Shown here piece after piece: positions 46,653 through 50,031 of a stretch of DNA of 50,031 nt. Position 1 is the stretch's first letter; every line of letters begins with the position of its first letter. The position numbers and the translations under genes were made by a program. The stretch comes from a virus. Taxonomy: Duplodnaviria; Caudoviricetes. The notes beneath the pieces are model-generated. The model saw only the letters and a program-made list of their open reading frames with translations. It had not been told where the DNA came from and searched no databases. The stretch spans positions 1 to 50,031 of the IMG/VR virus record IMGVR_UViG_3300017991_001587, one strand, 5' to 3'.

Positions 46653-46921
46653 CCGGCAAGCCAGTCGAATTCGGGATCCTTGGCACCGAGCGATTCATCG
46701 GCGTCGGGCGAGTCGGTCGCGGCAAGCGTCTGGTGTTGTACGAAACGAAGCCCGGAATGATCACGGTGCTCGCGATCTTTCATGGCGACGAAGAAGCCGA
46801 AGCCGCGCGGTCGATGCTCGAAGCGCTCGCCTTCGCGTCGAGCGGCGTCGTTGTCGAAGATCCCGAAGGGAACAAGACCTTCCGACCGCCGCCGAGCGTT
46901 CGCGGCATGATGCACAAGTAA
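46649..46921 (+). CDS. Hypothetical protein
   Basis: ATGA overlap. Confidence 0.6.
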   Translation: MTGKPVEFGILGTERFIGVGRVGRGKRLVLYETKPGMITVLAIFHGDEEAEAARSMLEALAFASSGVVVEDPEGNKTFRPPPSVRGMMHK

Positions 46922-46963
46922 CCCCGACGTCGAACACGACGAACACACGAAAGGAACGAAGCA

Positions 46964-48394
<1,431 letters not shown>

Positions 48395-48397
48395 TCC

Positions 48398-49597
48398 ATG
48401 CGAAAGCCGAAGCAACTTTCGGCGGATGACATCGGGGCGAACCGCGACCGCTTGGCACAACTTGCCACGGTCGCGGAACGCTTCGATTCGTTCCGTCCAG
48501 CCATTGACGTTCTGACAACCGTTCGCGCGGTGCGAACGATCTTCCCGCAAGTCGACCTTGCAACGCGGGTCGGCGGTTGGCCGATCGAGCGGTTCGCGCT
48601 TGTGCATGGCCCGAGCAACGAAGGAAAGACCTTGTTCTTGATCGGGCTCGGGCTCTCGTTCTTGAAGCTCGGGCACTTCTTCCAATTCGTCGACGCCGAA
48701 TACACGACCCCTTCGACGTGGCTTCGGGCATACATGGGCGAAGCGTACCTTCGCCATCCGGGCTTCCGGGCGCTTCGACCCCGAACCTACGAGCAAACCG
48801 TCGACGCGGTGCGAGCGAGCGCCGAAGCGATCGGTGACGCGAAGGCGAAGGGCACGCTCGACCCCGACGTGTCTTGCTTGTATGTCGTCGACTCGCTTCG
48901 CAAGCTCGTTCCGAAGGCGTTGCTTGCGAAGATCATGAAGGAAGCCGCCGATGCCGCGCCCGCAAGGGGCAAAGGAAGGCGCGGCAAGGGATCAAGGGGC
49001 ATTGACGGGCTCGGCGGTCGGGCGGCGCAACACAAGGCGGCGTTGAACGCGCAATGGCTCGACGAATTGGTTCCGTTGCTCGCGCAAACCGGAACCGCAA
49101 TGGTCGTCGTCGCTCGCGAAGCCGAAGATCCCGACGCGGGAATCTTCGACGAAGGCTTCAAGGTCGGCGGCGGTCGGGCGGTCTATTACGACTCAAGTCT
49201 TGCGGCTCGGATCGTTCGTGCGGGCTTCATATCGGATGCGAACAACCGCGTGATCGGTGAACGGCACGAAGTACAGATCCGCAAGACGAAGGTCGGCAAG
49301 AAAGGCGATCAACGTCGACCCGTTGCGCACTTCTCGACGTCGAACGGCGTGCTTGTGCCCGAAGGCTTCGACGCGCCCCGCGACGTGATCGAACAAGCGC
49401 TCGACTTTGAAGTTGCGACGCTCGCGGGCTCGTATATCAAGTGGGGCAAGAAGACGCTCGGGCAAGGCTTCGACGCCGCCGTGAAGCGACTTCACGACGA
49501 CCCCGACCTTGCCGCCGACTTCGAGCGGGTCGTTCGGGCGAAGGCGGAAGCCGAATGGGCGGAAGCCGACGCCGGAAAGGTCGAAGTGACAGAATGA
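48398..49597 (+). CDS. recA: RecA/UvsX-like recombinase
   Basis: GGWP, HGPSNEGKT, FVDAE, VVDSL, GGGRAVYYDSS and KTKVG motifs. Confidence 0.9.
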   Translation: MRKPKQLSADDIGANRDRLAQLATVAERFDSFRPAIDVLTTVRAVRTIFPQVDLATRVGGWPIERFALVHGPSNEGKTLFLIGLGLSFLKLGHFFQFVDAEYTTPSTWLRAYMGEAYLRHPGFRALRPRTYEQTVDAVRASAEAIGDAKAKGTLDPDVSCLYVVDSLRKLVPKALLAKIMKEAADAAPARGKGRRGKGSRGIDGLGGRAAQHKAALNAQWLDELVPLLAQTGTAMVVVAREAEDPDAGIFDEGFKVGGGRAVYYDSSLAARIVRAGFISDANNRVIGERHEVQIRKTKVGKKGDQRRPVAHFSTSNGVLVPEGFDAPRDVIEQALDFEVATLAGSYIKWGKKTLGQGFDAAVKRLHDDPDLAADFERVVRAKAEAEWAEADAGKVEVTE

Positions 49598-50031
49598 AGG
49601 CGATCATCACAAGCGACTGGCATCTCGACGCATCGACCGCCGGAATGCCGAGATTCCTTGACGTGTTCGACGCGGTACAAGATGCGGTTCGACTTGCGGT
49701 CGACACGAAGGTCGACGCATTCATCTTCGTCGGTGACTTGACCGATCCCGACACGCAACGATCGCACGCGAGCGTCGGTGTCGCGGTCGAAGTCGCGGCG
49801 AATCTTTGGTTCGAGCATGGCATCGCGAGCCGATGGGTCGTCGGGAATCACGACGTGATCGAAGATGGATCGGGCTCGCACACGCTCGCGGCACTTCGCG
49901 GGCTCGAACAAGGGCTCGGCGGCAACGGGATTCGAGTGTACGACGCGCCGACGTGCGAGCTATTCGACGGCGTGTCGATCGTCGCATTGCCCTTCACCGC
50001 TCGATCCCATGCGTACGATCCCGCCGTGTTC
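49594..50031 (+). CDS. Mre11/SbcD-like metallophosphoesterase nuclease (partial, runs off window)
   Basis: MKAIITSDWHLD, FVGDL and VVGNHD motifs; ATGA overlap. Confidence 0.85.
   Translation, partial: MKAIITSDWHLDASTAGMPRFLDVFDAVQDAVRLAVDTKVDAFIFVGDLTDPDTQRSHASVGVAVEVAANLWFEHGIASRWVVGNHDVIEDGSGSHTLAALRGLEQGLGGNGIRVYDAPTCELFDGVSIVALPFTARSHAYDPAVF

Overview
This window is about 50 kb of a high-GC, contractile-tailed (myovirus-like) dsDNA phage genome, almost entirely encoded on the + strand. 1-9.8 kb: head module (ParB-like/zincin fusion, scaffold, major capsid, C39 peptidase, HNH, head-tail joining proteins). 9.8-31 kb: tail module (sheath, tube, frameshifted chaperone pair, tape measure, LysM initiator, hub, spike, gp25-like, baseplate J, fibre-like proteins), interrupted by an antisense HNH gene, a thyX remnant and a Dam-like methyltransferase. 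31-33 kb: putative lysis genes. 33-50 kb: replication/recombination module (SF2 helicase, DnaB, primase, two Fis-like HTH proteins, DUF932-like protein, sigma factor, PolB, UvsY-like, gp32-like SSB, RecA-like, Mre11/SbcD-like). I saw no terminase, portal, integrase, tRNA or CRISPR array. The most striking unexplained structure: (i) eight same-polarity copies of a 21-nt palindromic element ATGGATGATCGATCRTCCATG spaced about every 2.5-7 kb, three of them in-frame inside genes as MDDRSSM; (ii) four intergenic bipartite elements with inverted CCCGAGAA arms 52-53 nt apart; (iii) strong depletion of CAG/CTG, GGCC and GAGG/CCTC; (iv) many sigma70-like promoters, many leaderless; (v) short peptide tags shared among unrelated proteins. 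All product calls come from motif recognition and synteny by eye, not database searches.
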